A stretch of DNA of 64,000 nucleotides. It comes from Octopus bimaculoides (lineage: Eukaryota). Under the pieces are notes generated by a model that saw only the letters and a program-made list of their open reading frames with translations, made no database searches and had not been told where the DNA came from. Shown piece after piece: positions 11,702 to 25,285 of the stretch. Position numbers and translations under genes: made by a program. The stretch spans positions 65,436,039 to 65,500,038 of the forward strand of contig NC_068992.1 of NCBI RefSeq assembly GCF_001194135.2, given 5' to 3'. Each line of letters starts with the position of its first letter. Position 1 is the first letter of the stretch.

Positions 11702-13548
11702 CACATGCATATATGCATTCACAAACACACACATACACACATATATATATAAAATTCTTCTTTCTACATACGTATCCTATATCTATCGCCTATCAGTTAT
11801 CAATTCGCGCAGAAAAAATTTCCTCTTCATCACATTTTTGGGGTTTCTAGTGTCCACATCCACACACGACTCCATGGTGTTGCATCTCTCTACCCACAGT
11901 ATCCATAGCCATGTTCCACAAATTTGAACCCTCTTCCATCATTGACTTTCCCATGGTGATAATAAAGTATCATTAAAGTTCAATAATTTTCCTTATTTGC
12001 TCAGCAGGTATTGATGGACTACACTCCTGGTGTATTGAAAGAAATATTTTTGATATTCTGAAAATTCCTGAAATGAGGCATGTTTTTGTGACCTGGTGTT
12101 TCGTATAGTTTCTTTTTGTTTTTAGTTTCATTTAACTTCACACAACATATGACACTCTAGATGCTCTTATCGGAGCGCTGACTTTTGCAGAGATTCAGGC
12201 TCCTTTTACAAGTTACGTTACTCCACTTTCTGACCAACCGGAGGTTCTTTAAAGTGTCTGGCTAAATAAGGATTCTTGAAATCTAATTTTCTTCCTGATT
12301 ATAAGATTTTTTAGAATTTGTATTTTGAGCCGTTCAGCCGGTCACTAATTTGGACATAATCTAGATTCTTGTTTGCATCATTTATATGAATTTCTTAACC
12401 AGTATTTAACTGGGTGCTATATGGGATCTCAAATAAAACAATTATACAATAGTCAAAATATTACCTTACCGTTTAACATTAAGGAAGATATATAAAGCTA
12501 TTTGCGTGCCTCGTTTTATTAACGATACTTGTGTATATGAATCTTATGAATACTACAAAATGCTGAAGAGGTATGGATTGTCTAAAGTTGTATCTTATAT
12601 AATTTTAAATCTGAATCCGGCTTAGATATCCCTTAGGCTATTACATTTTAGAGCCACTTATCTGAACTGCGAAGAAGAATTACGTAATATTTCAATAGAA
12701 ATTTACTGAGATGAAGTACGCCCACTCAACTTAATTTGATGTCGTTTTAATTTGTTTAGTTAGAAATATGATTTAAGACGACATATATGCTGCTTAAACT
12801 GCTTTGAGATGTTGAAGCCATAATGAAGTTTCTCGATGAGTTAGAGACAGTAGCTAAGTTTCTCTGAAATAAGGTGCAGTTCAGTAAAAGTAGGAAGAAA
12901 AGATTCCATGATTTAATCCTAGATACACCATGACTAAAAACAAAAGAAATGAATATTTGTAGCTGAAACATTTTTAACCACAGATCTGTTGAACCATCAC
13001 AAATCTGGAGCTGAAAATACACAACCGTGACTGAATGTGTGGCCGATGAGGCTTATTATACTAGCGCTGCTGCTTCTGTTTTATAACTACCTTGTTATAA
13101 ATCCAGTTTCAAGAATTTTGTCGATTTTTAAAATAAGTTTTGAACGCTCATTACTTGCGTCACTCCTTTGTGATTGTGTACGGGAAACCTTAATTATCCA
13201 AACATATAGCACATGGTTAATACTCAAATGCTTAAATGCTCAAACTGTTTCAATGAAAATAGAAACAATACAAATAGGAATTATACGCAGACGACCAGGA
13301 GCACTGCGGGAGAGGTGAGGGTGTTTCTGCATTTTGTGATGGTCAAGGTTTAACTCTAAATTTAAGTCTTCTCTGCTATTTTCTGAAAGTTTCGAAGACG
13401 AAATTTGGAGATTAGTTTCAGAATACACTCACTTGAAAGGAAAACATAAAACTGCAAACACTAAGAAACAATGGCAAAACTAGTGCAGGGCTCTGTATTC
13501 TACAAAGTGATTGATAAATATATAAATATCTTAAAGTTCCCTAACGTT

Positions 13549-13589
<41 letters not shown>

Positions 13590-13979
13590 AGGTATGTAAG
13601 TAATGTAATGAATGTATATATGTACGTATGTATGTATGTATGTATGTATGTATGTATCAACAAAATGCTTTTTGGATTGAAACATGCATAAAATGGACAT
13701 GGGAAACTTTATCTACAGACTTTCAACAAAAAAAAAACACGAAGTTCAAATGAAAATTAATCCTCAAATTCGGAAAAAAACTGACGTATATATGAATTAT
13801 TGGTTAATGGAACACAGTTGTGTATTTAATGGAATATATAAGGCAGAAAACTTTCTATTTATGTAAATAATCCATACACATCTACACGTAAATATAAGCA
13901 TTAGAAACGTATACATGCATACATATTTATACACACACAGATACAGACACACGCACACACACACATATACACACATACT

Positions 13980-14032
<53 letters not shown>

Positions 14033-14471
14033 NNNNNNNNNNNNNNNNNNNNNNNNNNNNNNNNNNNNNNNNNNNNNNNNNNNNNNNNNNNNNNNNNNNN
14101 NNNNNNNNNNNNNNNNNNNNNNNNNNNNNNNNNNNNNNNNNNNNNNNNNNNNNNNNNNNNNNNNNNNNNNNNNNNNNNNNNNNNNNNNNNNNNNNNNNNN
14201 NNNNNNNNNNNNNNNNNNNNNNNNNNNNNNNNNNNNNNNNNNNNNNNNNNNNNNNNNNNNNNNNNNNNNNNNNNNNNNNNNNNNNNNNNNNNNNNNNNNN
14301 NNNNNNNNNNNNNNNNNNNNNNNNNNNNNNNNNNNNNNNNNNNGCGTACCGAGTTCTATATTTATTTCTATTCCTCAAAAAGAAAGTTGAAATAAATTCT
14401 TAAGTCAAGTAAAAAAAGACAGCAAATAATTACCAAGTGTAGTTACTATTATTTTTATCATTATAATTATT

Positions 14472-14590
14472 ACCTTTGCACAGCTTCTAACGCTGGAGAT
14501 GTACTACAGTGTCAGCTGTTCACTACCAGTGAACTAAGGTAACACCCCTTATTTTTCGAGCAACTTTCGGAGTATTCAAGCGGTTTCAAG
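14472..14590 (-). mobile_element. R4/Dong-like non-LTR retrotransposon, 3' end only
   Basis: Closely matches the 3' end of the element at 52071-52185; the last codons read LETA*ILRKLLEK*; a TAA-rich tail lies at ~14445-14471. Confidence 0.75.
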
Positions 14591-14632
14591 AGACCGATAC
14601 GATAAGAATTAGGTTCACAAAGAACAATTCAT

Positions 14633-14693
14633 GGGGTCGATTTGCACCAGCATGGCCGCAGTCAAATGACTGAAATAAGTAAAAGAGTAAAAG
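14633..14693 (+). mobile_element. SINE 3' end
   Basis: GGGGTCGATTTG joined to CACCAGCATGGCCGCAGTCAAATGACTGAAATAAGTAAAAGA. Confidence 0.65.
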
Positions 14694-14842
14694 ACACATA
14701 CATAAACGCATACATGTGTGTGTGCGTGTGTGTGTGTGAGTGTGTCCGTGTGTGTGTGTGTGTCCGTGTGTGAATGTGTTTGTGTGCGTTATTATTATAG
14801 TTCCTGACAGCATTGGACATCGCAGAAACTTTATTAGTAAAT

Positions 14843-14896
<54 letters not shown>

Positions 14897-15498
14897 TAAT
14901 TGATGTTGTTTTTTCCAACTGCAATGAATACCGGTAATCTAGCGACATTTCTAATGACGTTTTTTTTTTTCTCCCAGTGGTTCATAAGAATTAAAAAATA
15001 CAAAACAAGCAATTACAGAGAAGTGAAATGAACAATCAGTACAGTTGTTTCCTAACTGTCTGCTAAGTGCATCAGATACACTCTACATTCCTCTTAGAGG
15101 ACACATGTCCTCTTCTTCAAAGGGGAAACACGAATGTATTTCGATTTTTGGCTTTCTATTTTCGTTTACAACTTGTCTGTAGGTCAGGCGGAAAGCCAGA
15201 ATGTACCAAGACTGAAGATACATACTGCGAAAATGATGAAGTCATTAGTAAATACCTGATTAGTTTGGAACAGTGCCAGTACATTAATCGAACAGGAAGG
15301 AACTTCAGCAGTGAGAAATCTGAAATTCTGTATATGATGCAATTACCTCAGGTTATGAGAAAAATAGTGTCCACTGGATTTTTTAGTGATGTTCCTACTC
15401 TCTGGGATAAGTTGAATGTTAATTCTGTTATGGACCAAATCTTATAGAAATCATTATTATTTCTTTACTATTAAATAGGCTATACTGCGGCAATCTGG

Positions 15499-15682
15499 CA
15501 AGAACTAGAGATTGTTTTAGCTGAAGAATGGATACAAATTCCTTTGGAAACAATTGAAACTTTGTACCATTCCATACCTCGTAGAAGTCAAGCTGTAATT
15601 ACTACCAAAGGCGGTCCTACCCTATATTAAAATACATTTGTTTGAAAGTTTAAGGTTTTTCCATTATTTTGTTCAACCCCTG
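15499..15682 (+). mobile_element. Tc1-family transposon 3' fragment with right TIR
   Basis: QELEIVLAEEWIQIPLETIETLYHSIPRRSQAVITTKGGPTLY* is a typical Tc1 transposase C-terminus. It ends ...TTTTGTTCAACCCCTG|TA; read inward, the TIR is CAGGGGTTGAACAAAATAATGGAAA. Confidence 0.85.
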
Positions 15683-16334
15683 TATATATAGGTTGCTTCT
15701 ATCACTGAATTAAAAGCTACCAACATTAAGGAATACCAGACACCACAGCGTATCTTACAATTTTAAATATTTCATATCGGAAATCTCAGTTAAAATTACA
15801 CATTATCTAATTTCATTATATATCAGTTCAGTATCAATAAATACTTTTCAACGGATTTCGTGAGGACGATTATCTCTGCTTTGGACAAACTAACGAACAC
15901 ATGATGCTGGATTAAGATGAAGTTGACTTCGAAGCATTAGTGAGAACAGTTTTCTTCAAACAGACATCAAAAATGAAATACAAGGCCTCAGGTATTGAGA
16001 CGTAGAACCGTTATACGATAGCAGCTATCGCTGCATCGATACACAGTAGCACTGCTATTTACCAAACATATATAAGATTATTACGTTTCTTTTTTACTTT
16101 CTTCATTTAGAATGGAAAATTGATAATTGAGTAGAAGATATAATCGATAATTGGATAAGCTCGGATACATGAATTGATTTTATTATTTAATATATTTAAA
16201 ATTCAAGTCAAGAAATATTGGATATACACTTTGAAATCAAAGAATATATTAGACATTAACATACTTCAATCTGTACGCACGTGCATATAAACATAGTTAA
16301 ACGTAGGTATACATTGAATGCGAACACCCCCGCC

Positions 16335-16394
<60 letters not shown>

Positions 16395-17356
16395 NNNNNN
16401 NNNNNNNNNNNNNNNNNNNNNNNNNNNNNNNNNNNNNNNNNNNNNNNNNNNNNNNNNNNNNNNNNNNNNNNNNNNNNNNNNNNNNNNNNNNNNNNNNNNN
16501 NNNNNNNNNNNNNNNNNNNNNNNNNNNNNNNNNNNNNNNNNNNNNNNNNNNNNNNNNNNNNNNNNNNNNNNNNNNNNNNNNNNNNNNNNNNNNNNNNNNN
16601 NNNNNNNNNNNNNNNNNNNNNNNNNNNNNNNNNNNNNNNNNNNNNNNNNNNNNNNNNNNNNNNNNNNNNNNNNNNNNNNNNNNNNNNNNNNNNNNNNNNN
16701 NNNNNNNNNNNNNNNNNNCATTCCCACAACTAATGTTGTTAAAAAAATTGAGCATAGTGCTATTCATCCTTATTTTTAAAAAAATCTGTCTCTTCTGAGC
16801 AGTAAGCCGACTATCGAAAAAACCGAATATAAAAAATTAAAAAATGAAGCCTCAACTTATGTTTTCTCTGTAAACACGCAGTTATTTGCTGCAAATGCAG
16901 ATATTTGTTTCATGTATTTACAAAAGGAAATGTGACTTTTCTTGCTAAGACGCTTCCTCCTGTCTTTTTTGTGTAATTGATGTTTGTAAGACGCACAGAA
17001 CTTGCTATTAATGTCTGTTGTATCTAATGTCTAAACAACGTCCAGTACTGTCACACGACTCATTCTCATTTAATGTTTATTTATTGTGAGTTTGTGCGAA
17101 TGATGCTTGTGCGTAAAATGCTCATTAATGAAGTTAATTTAGTGGACACACAGAAAAAGAGAGAAAAACGGAGAATGAAAAGTGCAAAAGAGGATTTGTA
17201 AATAAGGTAACAATGTACAAGAAATTGGAGAGGGTTGTCTGGAGAGTGCAGTGGAGATTGGTAAAGGAATAAATCGAAAAGAATCGAGAACCAAGGACAA
17301 TTCACAATTTGCCTATAGACTAGTCGGAACATTCAATGAGCTACAATAAACCGGTT

Positions 17357-17399
17357 CCTGTTGCTGCTGCTGCTACTACTACTAGTCGTCGTCGTCTTT

Positions 17400-17470
<71 letters not shown>

Positions 17471-17485
17471 TGCAGTAGTAGTTGC

Positions 17486-17524
<39 letters not shown>

Positions 17525-17584
17525 TGCAGTAGTAGTTGCAGTAGTAGTAGTAGTAATGCAGCAGCAGCAGCAGCAGCAGCAGCA
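17357..17584. repeat. Compound (TAG)n/(CAG)n trinucleotide repeat
   Basis: Directly visible; source of the poly-S/T/L/V/Y ORF artefacts. Confidence 0.95.
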
Positions 17585-19292
17585 GTGAGAAATAGCAGTG
17601 AGGCCACACGCAAAATCTTCGACAAAGAAAGGATAAAGTTTGAGTAATGTGGTTTTGAGGACCTTGTAAAAGAAAAATACGATGGTCATTCTTTGTTTAA
17701 GAAATACCTTTAAACACAGGTCTTCTGTACGAGAGCTACAAGAAATTCCACCAAACTACAGATAAACAAATATTTTACACAAAATACTGGCGAAAATCAC
17801 AAATTTTCTTTTAAGACATTATTTCCAGACAACATCAATAGCCCTTACGTAACTTGCATATTTACTCATTATCTGTGTCGGAAACAAGGATACAAACATT
17901 ATTAAGGTCCTTTTCGGTGAAGCTCACCAAATACTTGTGGAACTATATTATACAAGATTTTTATCAGCAAAATTACTTATGCAGCAATAGATAAAAGGTG
18001 GGAAGGAAGTGAGCTGAAACGAGAATGGAAAAAAGGACATTTTCAGAAAATATAATATCAAGAATCAAGACAAGTCTCTGGAGGTAGAAAAAAAATAGTT
18101 TAAAGAAATCCATCTTAGAAAACATGCTGAATAAGAAATTTGTAAAATCTAATCTTTTTCTTTCACGTGAAAAAAGAAAACGTATTTGAAGCGGAAGCGA
18201 AAATCTTGTAACGAGACATCAGCAAAGAGAATAACACAGGATGACACATTAACATCACAAATAAATAAAACCAAAGATGACATATCGATATTATAAACAA
18301 ATAGCATCATTGTAAACAAGTATAGAAGCATACTAAGAGAAGTATGTAACAAAAATATATATCAGAATTAATTATGGATAAAAGTACATGACTGTTATGG
18401 AGTGGAAGAAATTAATAGAGTAAAAATTATGATCTATTAATTCTATAAATTTCCATAAATGGATACGTTATTCTAGTTACATTATCTTCTGATATATATG
18501 AATATTAGCCAGCTAATTATTAAACATGCCATATAAGATAGAATAAAATAATATAAATATCCAAAATAAAAATATCCTAAGGACTCCCCAAACGAGACTT
18601 CTGTTTACCAACAATAAAAAAAGGCCTAGGTCCTGTATTCTGTATAGTAACTTAACTAAAGGCTCAGAAGTGTTGTTGAAACCGGGTATATTGTTATGAT
18701 GAAAACAAAATCAAGTATTATCGAACCTGGTTATTAGTGTACACAGCAAGAGAAACTATAAACTATGAATGACAGGGACTGATTAGCGACAAAACAAATC
18801 ACTGATTTTATAATCATAGATATTGGCGATGTTTCGGGTAAAGGTAGTAGTTTCAACAGCCAAGCTAAGTCGTGTTGAAATAAGATTGAAAAAGAAATGC
18901 GTAGAATTTTCTTATGTATACGACGAATCGTAAGACATCCGGTGGACGAATTATAAATCAATTCATTTCCTTGGATGAAAGAAAACTACTAACCATCGGC
19001 AATTCTCAGCTGGAACACGTATTAAAACTGCTCGTGAATTCGGTTTTGGTATCAAAGTAAATACTGAGTTATACAAATATGCCATATTACTAAAAAAAAG
19101 AATTAAGCAAATAGGTAAAATTGGAAAGATTATATTCAATGCCTGAAACTCAAGAACTAAAATTAAACCGACACGACACTAGAATAAAAAAAAGAATTCA
19201 ACTATTTATAGATCGAACTCAATGCCAGTCATAGCATAATAGGTATGACTACAGTAGCCATTCCAATCGTACAATAATATTTTAGTATAATA

Positions 19293-19506
19293 CAGGGTAT
19301 TCAAAAAGTCTCTTTGTAGTATTTTATTGCAAAATAAATATTTATAAGCTGATATAAGACTACAAAAGAATATATTAGACTTTACAAGACTTTAAAAAAC
19401 TTCATAAGAGATGTTGAAAGTGTCGTCCTTCAAAAGTCTGGCGGTGTTGAATCAGGTGATCCGTTCACCGAAAGATTCACTGCAGAGAGACACTTTGAGC
19501 ACTCGA
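19293..19506 (-). mobile_element. Non-autonomous Tc1/mariner (maT-like) element, short deletion derivative
   Basis: TA|CAGGGTATTCAAAAAGTCTCT left TIR and a degenerate right TIR (AGAGACACTTTGAGCACTC); minus-strand remnants FGERI, PDSTPPDF and EGRHFQHLL*; homologous to 29199-29567. Confidence 0.75.
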
Positions 19507-20094
19507 TTTATTTATTTAAGAGCAGCATCCTAATGCAGAAAGGATTCGAATATAATTACACGTCTTGGAGGTTGGAATTTTGTCTGATACAAACAGAATT
19601 ATTTCAGAGTATCTAATATTTCAGGATACCTAACCCTACAGGGAACCTAATATAAGAGATGAATGAAAATTTGGTACCTCTAGGGAAGAAACACATTTTA
19701 GATTCACAAAAGAAATTTTAAAACAAAGTATGAAAGAAAATATATTAAAATGAACCTAAAACGAAGAAAAGAAAAAAAAAATTCCCTCTGTCGCGATTAT
19801 ACTACATGAGGTAATACAAAGAGATTCTGTCAGCATAATAGGTAACAATGGCTGAAAAGCACTGGACTATAGCCAAAAAGGGAAGATAAAGTATTAGTTC
19901 TTTAAGTTCAAAGTCAAAATAGAATCTTTTCAACCAAATTATAATGAGATAGGCGAACATAAATTCAGGGCTTTGTAATCAACAAAAACAACTGGCTTTC
20001 AATATTTTCGGATACCCTATTCTTCCACACACTTTGTGTGTGCATATATATGNNNNNNNNNNNNNNNNNNNNNNNNNNNNNNNNNNNNNNNNNN

Positions 20095-20156
<62 letters not shown>

Positions 20157-20204
20157 CACACGCATAAACATACAGACACACGCACTCACACACATGTATA
20201 CATA

Positions 20205-20470
20205 TGGCCTAACAGATATGTCACTTTGGCAATATGCCAACAGAATGACCTGAACAAATAATAAATAGCAACGCACTATAATGATACACCGAGCGCAGTG
20301 TATAACAATGGTGTGACTACAGTAATCTAAGATACACTTATACAAACTGACAGGGAGATCAAAGTGAACCGCCCAGATGAAATAATCAAAGCATACAATG
20401 AAAATCTTCGTACGTCATCATCCTTTTTCCTGACCAAAACATATTTGCAAAGCTTAAAAATAGAAAATAA
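20205..20470 (+). mobile_element. R4/Dong-like retroelement fragment (region of the restriction-enzyme-like endonuclease)
   Basis: YVTLAICQQ...HYNDTPSAVYNNGVTTVI*DTLIQTDREIKVNRPD and then (frameshifted) FPDQNIFAK fit the recalled R4/Dong pattern YIHWKLC...WYEHTPEKV...ILWD.PI.TDREIKANRPDI. Confidence 0.65.
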
Positions 20471-21084
20471 TTGACCAAAATATTGCACCAAAAGAAACCG
20501 AAAAGTGTTAAAGTTGCAGGAACTTTAAATGATGTTGTGAGTTTCAAAAACAGTAAAATCAAAGAAAATCATCGTCGCACTCAGATGTTCTAGCTACAAA
20601 CAAAGGCATAAAATCTCTACAAAGGCTGCCATATTTACAAACCTATAACGGTCCCACCGGCAACCGACTACTTTCTGCTGGAACAATTATTTTCAGTTCA
20701 GTTGCACAACCCTACAGGATATTGTCCGAATAATCTTCTCCCAGTATAAATCTTAACCCGAATGATCTCCTCACGAATACTGAAATGTATTTGCCAACCC
20801 TTAATGTTGCAATTTCTACAGCTAACCATAGCATAATTCACTCCCGTTATGATAATATTTGCTATTCAAACACTTTGTAACGAAGTTATACATTAAAGTA
20901 GCGACGAATGAAATACAACAAAACGCATTTATTAACTTATATGTGTGAATTCCTTTCCCTCCACTGACACAAAACATAACGAAGTTCAGAGATATGAAAT
21001 TAATTCAACAGGTCGATTAAAAATTTGTTGGAACCCATTGAAAAAAAAACAGTGATAATAATATTAATGCTGCTACTAATAATC

Positions 21085-21296
21085 TTTTTTACTATAGGTA
21101 CAAGGCCTGATATTTGGGAGAGGGGGATAATTAATTACCTCGACCCTAGTACCCGATAGATACTTGATTTATCGAACCCAAAAGGATAAAAAGTAAAGTT
21201 CGCCTCGGCGGATTTTGAACGCAGAACGTAGCGACGGGCGAAATACCGCGAAGGACTTCATCCAGCGTGCTAACGTTTCTACCAGCTCACCGCCTT
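21085..21296 (-). mobile_element. tRNA-derived SINE (octopus OK/OR-like)
   Basis: Minus strand reads GGCGGTGAGCTGGTAGAAACGTTAGCACGC...GTTCTGCGTTCAAAATCCGCCGAGG with A/B boxes and the family body. Confidence 0.85.
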
Positions 21297-21852
21297 ATAC
21301 ACTTGGAACGATGTAATCGATTCACCCCTATCCCCGAGTGCCCGAAGCTGCTGGCCTTGTGTCAACATTTGAAACCAATATATTTTTACTATCCGACGTA
21401 GGATTTGTACGAATTAGCGTTTGAGACAAGCCACACCTATGTAATTCCGTTTTCCTTTCAGCTACACATCTCACCATCTTCACAAAACATCCACGAATCT
21501 ATATTTCTATAGAACACATAGATACCTCAGAGCCAAAATTCTATTCTCGCTTGAAAACTATTCATTTCAGCAACAGTTATTTAGTTCGTTGGCTCCCTTC
21601 AGCCATAAAGTTTATAATTATGCCGGACTAGCTTCTACAATGGCGAGTTTGTACATGTTTGTACGGTTTTTATATTATATGCTGAAAACCAATATGGTTG
21701 ATGTGGTGTCTGTCTGATGTTAATTATCGTCAATTGTTGATACAGTAGAATCTGCATTCACCTATTTATAAAAGTTTCGATGCTTAGTTTGGGTTATTCT
21801 AAAGTCGATTGATTCTAATCTACATATCATGGCTATCACACTCATAAAATCG

Positions 21853-21885
<33 letters not shown>

Positions 21886-22203
21886 ACACACACACACACA
21901 CGCACACGCACGCACACACACACAAACACAAACATACTCACACAAACACGCACACACACACACACACACGAAACTGTATAGGTCGAAACTTCAAAATAAC
22001 TGTAACACTTCTTGTAAACTTCCAATATGTACTCGAAGTATTAAGTTTTTCTTGAGTTTAATGTAANNNNNNNNNNNNNNNNNNNNNNNNNNNNNNNNNN
22101 NNNNNNNNNNNNNNNNNNNNNNNNNNNNNNNNNNNNNNNNNNNNNNNNNNNNNNNNNNNNNNNNNNNNNNNNNNNNNNNNNNNNNNNNNNNNNNNNNNNN
22201 NNN

Positions 22204-22284
<81 letters not shown>

Positions 22285-23879
22285 GGAGAGAGAGAGTTAG
22301 GGTAATTTATGTTAAGGACGTATAAGAGTACAAATAGATCTCGTTCACCCTTAGAATTCCCAAACAGCCAGTAGTATTCTTATGGTTTGTTAGTATCAAA
22401 GAAGAAGCCATGGATGTTGTAGCATGGAAATCTAAATTTACTTACAGAGACAGCAACTGAGTATCGCCTGAGGAGATACATATAGATCACATTATACAGG
22501 TAAATCGTTACAATCCTTCGTATACGATGATCTGTATGTATTGAAACATTTGTAGCGATTAAAAAGCTGCCTAACAGTACTTACTCTTCTTTTTGAGTAC
22601 GCTCACATACACACGCGCGCGCAAATACACACGTATACATAACTGAAAGGTGCCGATTTTCAGTACTCAGTGTTACTCGTTCCTGATCACCAGCTGCTAA
22701 AACGAGCTGTACCTTTGAGTTCTGGGAATCAGAACGTTTTAGTTATAATATATCAAAGAATACTCTACATTTCTATCGAGTCCCGTAATTTATTGCTTCT
22801 GGTGAATCCAATAATATATATATATATATANNNNNNNNNNNNNNNNNNNNNNNNNNNNNNNNNNNNNNNNNNNNNNNNNNNNNNNNNNNNNNNNNNNNNN
22901 NNNNNNNNNNNNNNNNNNNNNNNNNNNNNNNNNNNNNNNNNNNNNNNNNNNNNNNNNNNNNNNNNNNNNNNNNNNNNNNNNNNNNNNNNNNNNNNNNNNN
23001 NNNNNNNNNNNNNNNNNNNNNNNNNNNNNNNNNNNNNNNNNNNNNNNNNNNNNNNNNNNNNNATATATATATATATAATTGTTCGGCATTCTGATCCCTT
23101 TTACACTGCCACGAAGATTCCTTACTAATTTCCGATATTTGTTATATTAAACACGAAGTTGGATTTGTATGAATCAGCGGTTTCAGATAAACCACAACTA
23201 TGTTACGTCCGTTTTGCTTCCAGCTACAAATCCCACCAAATTTACAAAAACTTGTACGATGTTAATAAATGAATACACATATTAGTTTATACACCCCCAC
23301 CCCACACACACACAAACACACATATAAGCTTATATATGTATTCATTCATTAACAACATACAAGCTTATGTTAAGATTTATTCATTACTATCAAATTTGTT
23401 CTCCTGACAACCAGTCAAGTTCCTCGGCAACAGCGCTGCTTCCCTTTTCATTAGCAATGTTCCATCTTTCCTTATTCATATATTTCTAGGTATCAGTAAA
23501 CTTGCTTCTTGATCTAATTATTGAAACTCAAAGTATATATTTAGCTGAGCGTGTATTAGCTGTCTCTACAAATTTCTCTCTCATACTTCGAATACATCTT
23601 ACTTCTAAGTTTTCTTCGTTTCATTACAATATATAGTTTATCTGACCATACATTGCGAATGTTTGTAATTTCTCCTCAATTACTTTCAATGTGTCTTTAT
23701 CTCGCCAAACGTTATGAATCTTTACACGTTTACCAATCTGCAATGAAGGAAGCCTTTGCACATTTTTCGTCATTATACTGAAATGGAAATTCTTGGTTCG
23801 GTGGATGGATTACATGCGTCAGAGGTATTAACGCAACGTGGAAGAGAGAGTGAGAGAGAGAAGCAGTTAGAGAAAGAGA

Positions 23880-23892
23880 TTATTATTAACAC

Positions 23893-23962
<70 letters not shown>

Positions 23963-23975
23963 CATTATTATTATT
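23880..23975. repeat. (ATT)n microsatellite
   Basis: Directly visible. Confidence 0.95.
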
Positions 23976-24713
23976 CTCATAAAATTTTTCATAATCGTAT
24001 TGTTGACATAGTAACTCTCACGTTTTCACTTCCTCTACTCCCCTCTCACNNNNNNNNNNNNNNNNNNNNNNNNNNNNNNNNNNNNNNNNNNNNNNNNNNN
24101 NNNNNNNNNNNNNNNNNNNNNNNNNNNNNNNNNNNNNNNNNNNNNNNNNNNNNNNNNNNNNNNNNNNNNNNNNNNNNNNNNNNNNNNNNNNNNNNNNNNN
24201 NNNNNNNNNNNNNNNNNNNNNNNNNNNNNNNNNNNNNNNNNNNNNNNNNNNNNNNNNNNNNNNNNNNNNNNNNNNNNNNNNNNNNNNNNNNNNNNNNNNN
24301 NNNNNNNNNNNNNNNNNNNNNNNNNNNNNNNNNNNNNNNNNNNNNNNNNNNNNNNNNNNNNNNNNNNNNNNNNNNNNNNNNNNNNNNNNNNNNNNNNNNN
24401 NNNNNNNNNNNNNNNNNNNNNNNNNNNNNNNNNNNNNNNNNNNNNNNNNNNNNNNNNNNNNNNNNNNNNNNNNNNNNNNNNNNNNNNNNNNNNNNNNNNN
24501 NNNNNNNNNNNNNNNNNNNNNNNNNNNNNNNNNNNNNNNNNNNNNNNNNNNNNNNNNNNNNNNNNNNNNNNNNNNNNNNNNNNNNNNNNNNNNNNNNNNN
24601 NNNNNNNNNNNNNNNNNNNNNNNNNNNNNNNNNNNNNNNNNNNNNNNNNNNNNNNNNNNNNNNNNNNNNNNNNNNNNNNNNNNNNNNNNNNNNNNNNNNN
24701 NNNNNNNNNNNNN

Positions 24714-24767
<54 letters not shown>

Positions 24768-25196
24768 ATGTGTGCGTGTGTATGCGTGTGTGTGTGTGCG
24801 TGTGTAAATTGTTATCAGCCGAAATACTTAAACACCAGTCCAAAAATTTCCTATGCTTATCACCTTCTTTGGCGGTCTCCAACATATCCTGATTTACATA
24901 ACACTGAGACAAAGCGATATTTAAACTCAAGTTAAGCAATGATGAGACGGATTATCAAAGATATCTTATCCAATCAACTGCTCTGCCTACAATTGAATGA
25001 AATGCAAAATCTTTCGCTGGAATTTGAACTCAGAGCGCTGAACCAGAAAATTTGCCTGCGTAATAACACATATACACATACACTCACACACGTATACACA
25101 GGCAGGCGCACACATACACATGCACAAAAGCATATATACATATATATATATGTGTGTGCGTGTGTGTGTCTGTGTCTGTGTGTGTGTGTGCATATG

Positions 25197-25285
<89 letters not shown>

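Noticed and set aside
12760-13085. Plus-strand frame with only TGA stops for ~108 codons (alternative genetic code or NUMT?)
   Set aside because: A few such runs are expected by chance in six frames, the TGAs mirror Ser TCA codons of a minus-strand ORF, and there is no mitochondrial protein similarity.
15067-15447. 126-aa plus-strand ORF
   Set aside because: No recognisable domain, and both strands offer equally plausible exon-like segments.
18730-18950. Possible fourth R4/Dong endonuclease fragment (FIIIDIG…KIEKEMRRI)
   Set aside because: The similarity is too weak and needs several frameshifts.
22446-22467. 22-nt minus-strand micro-exon with good splice signals
   Set aside because: Too short to distinguish from chance, and it cannot be linked to other exons.
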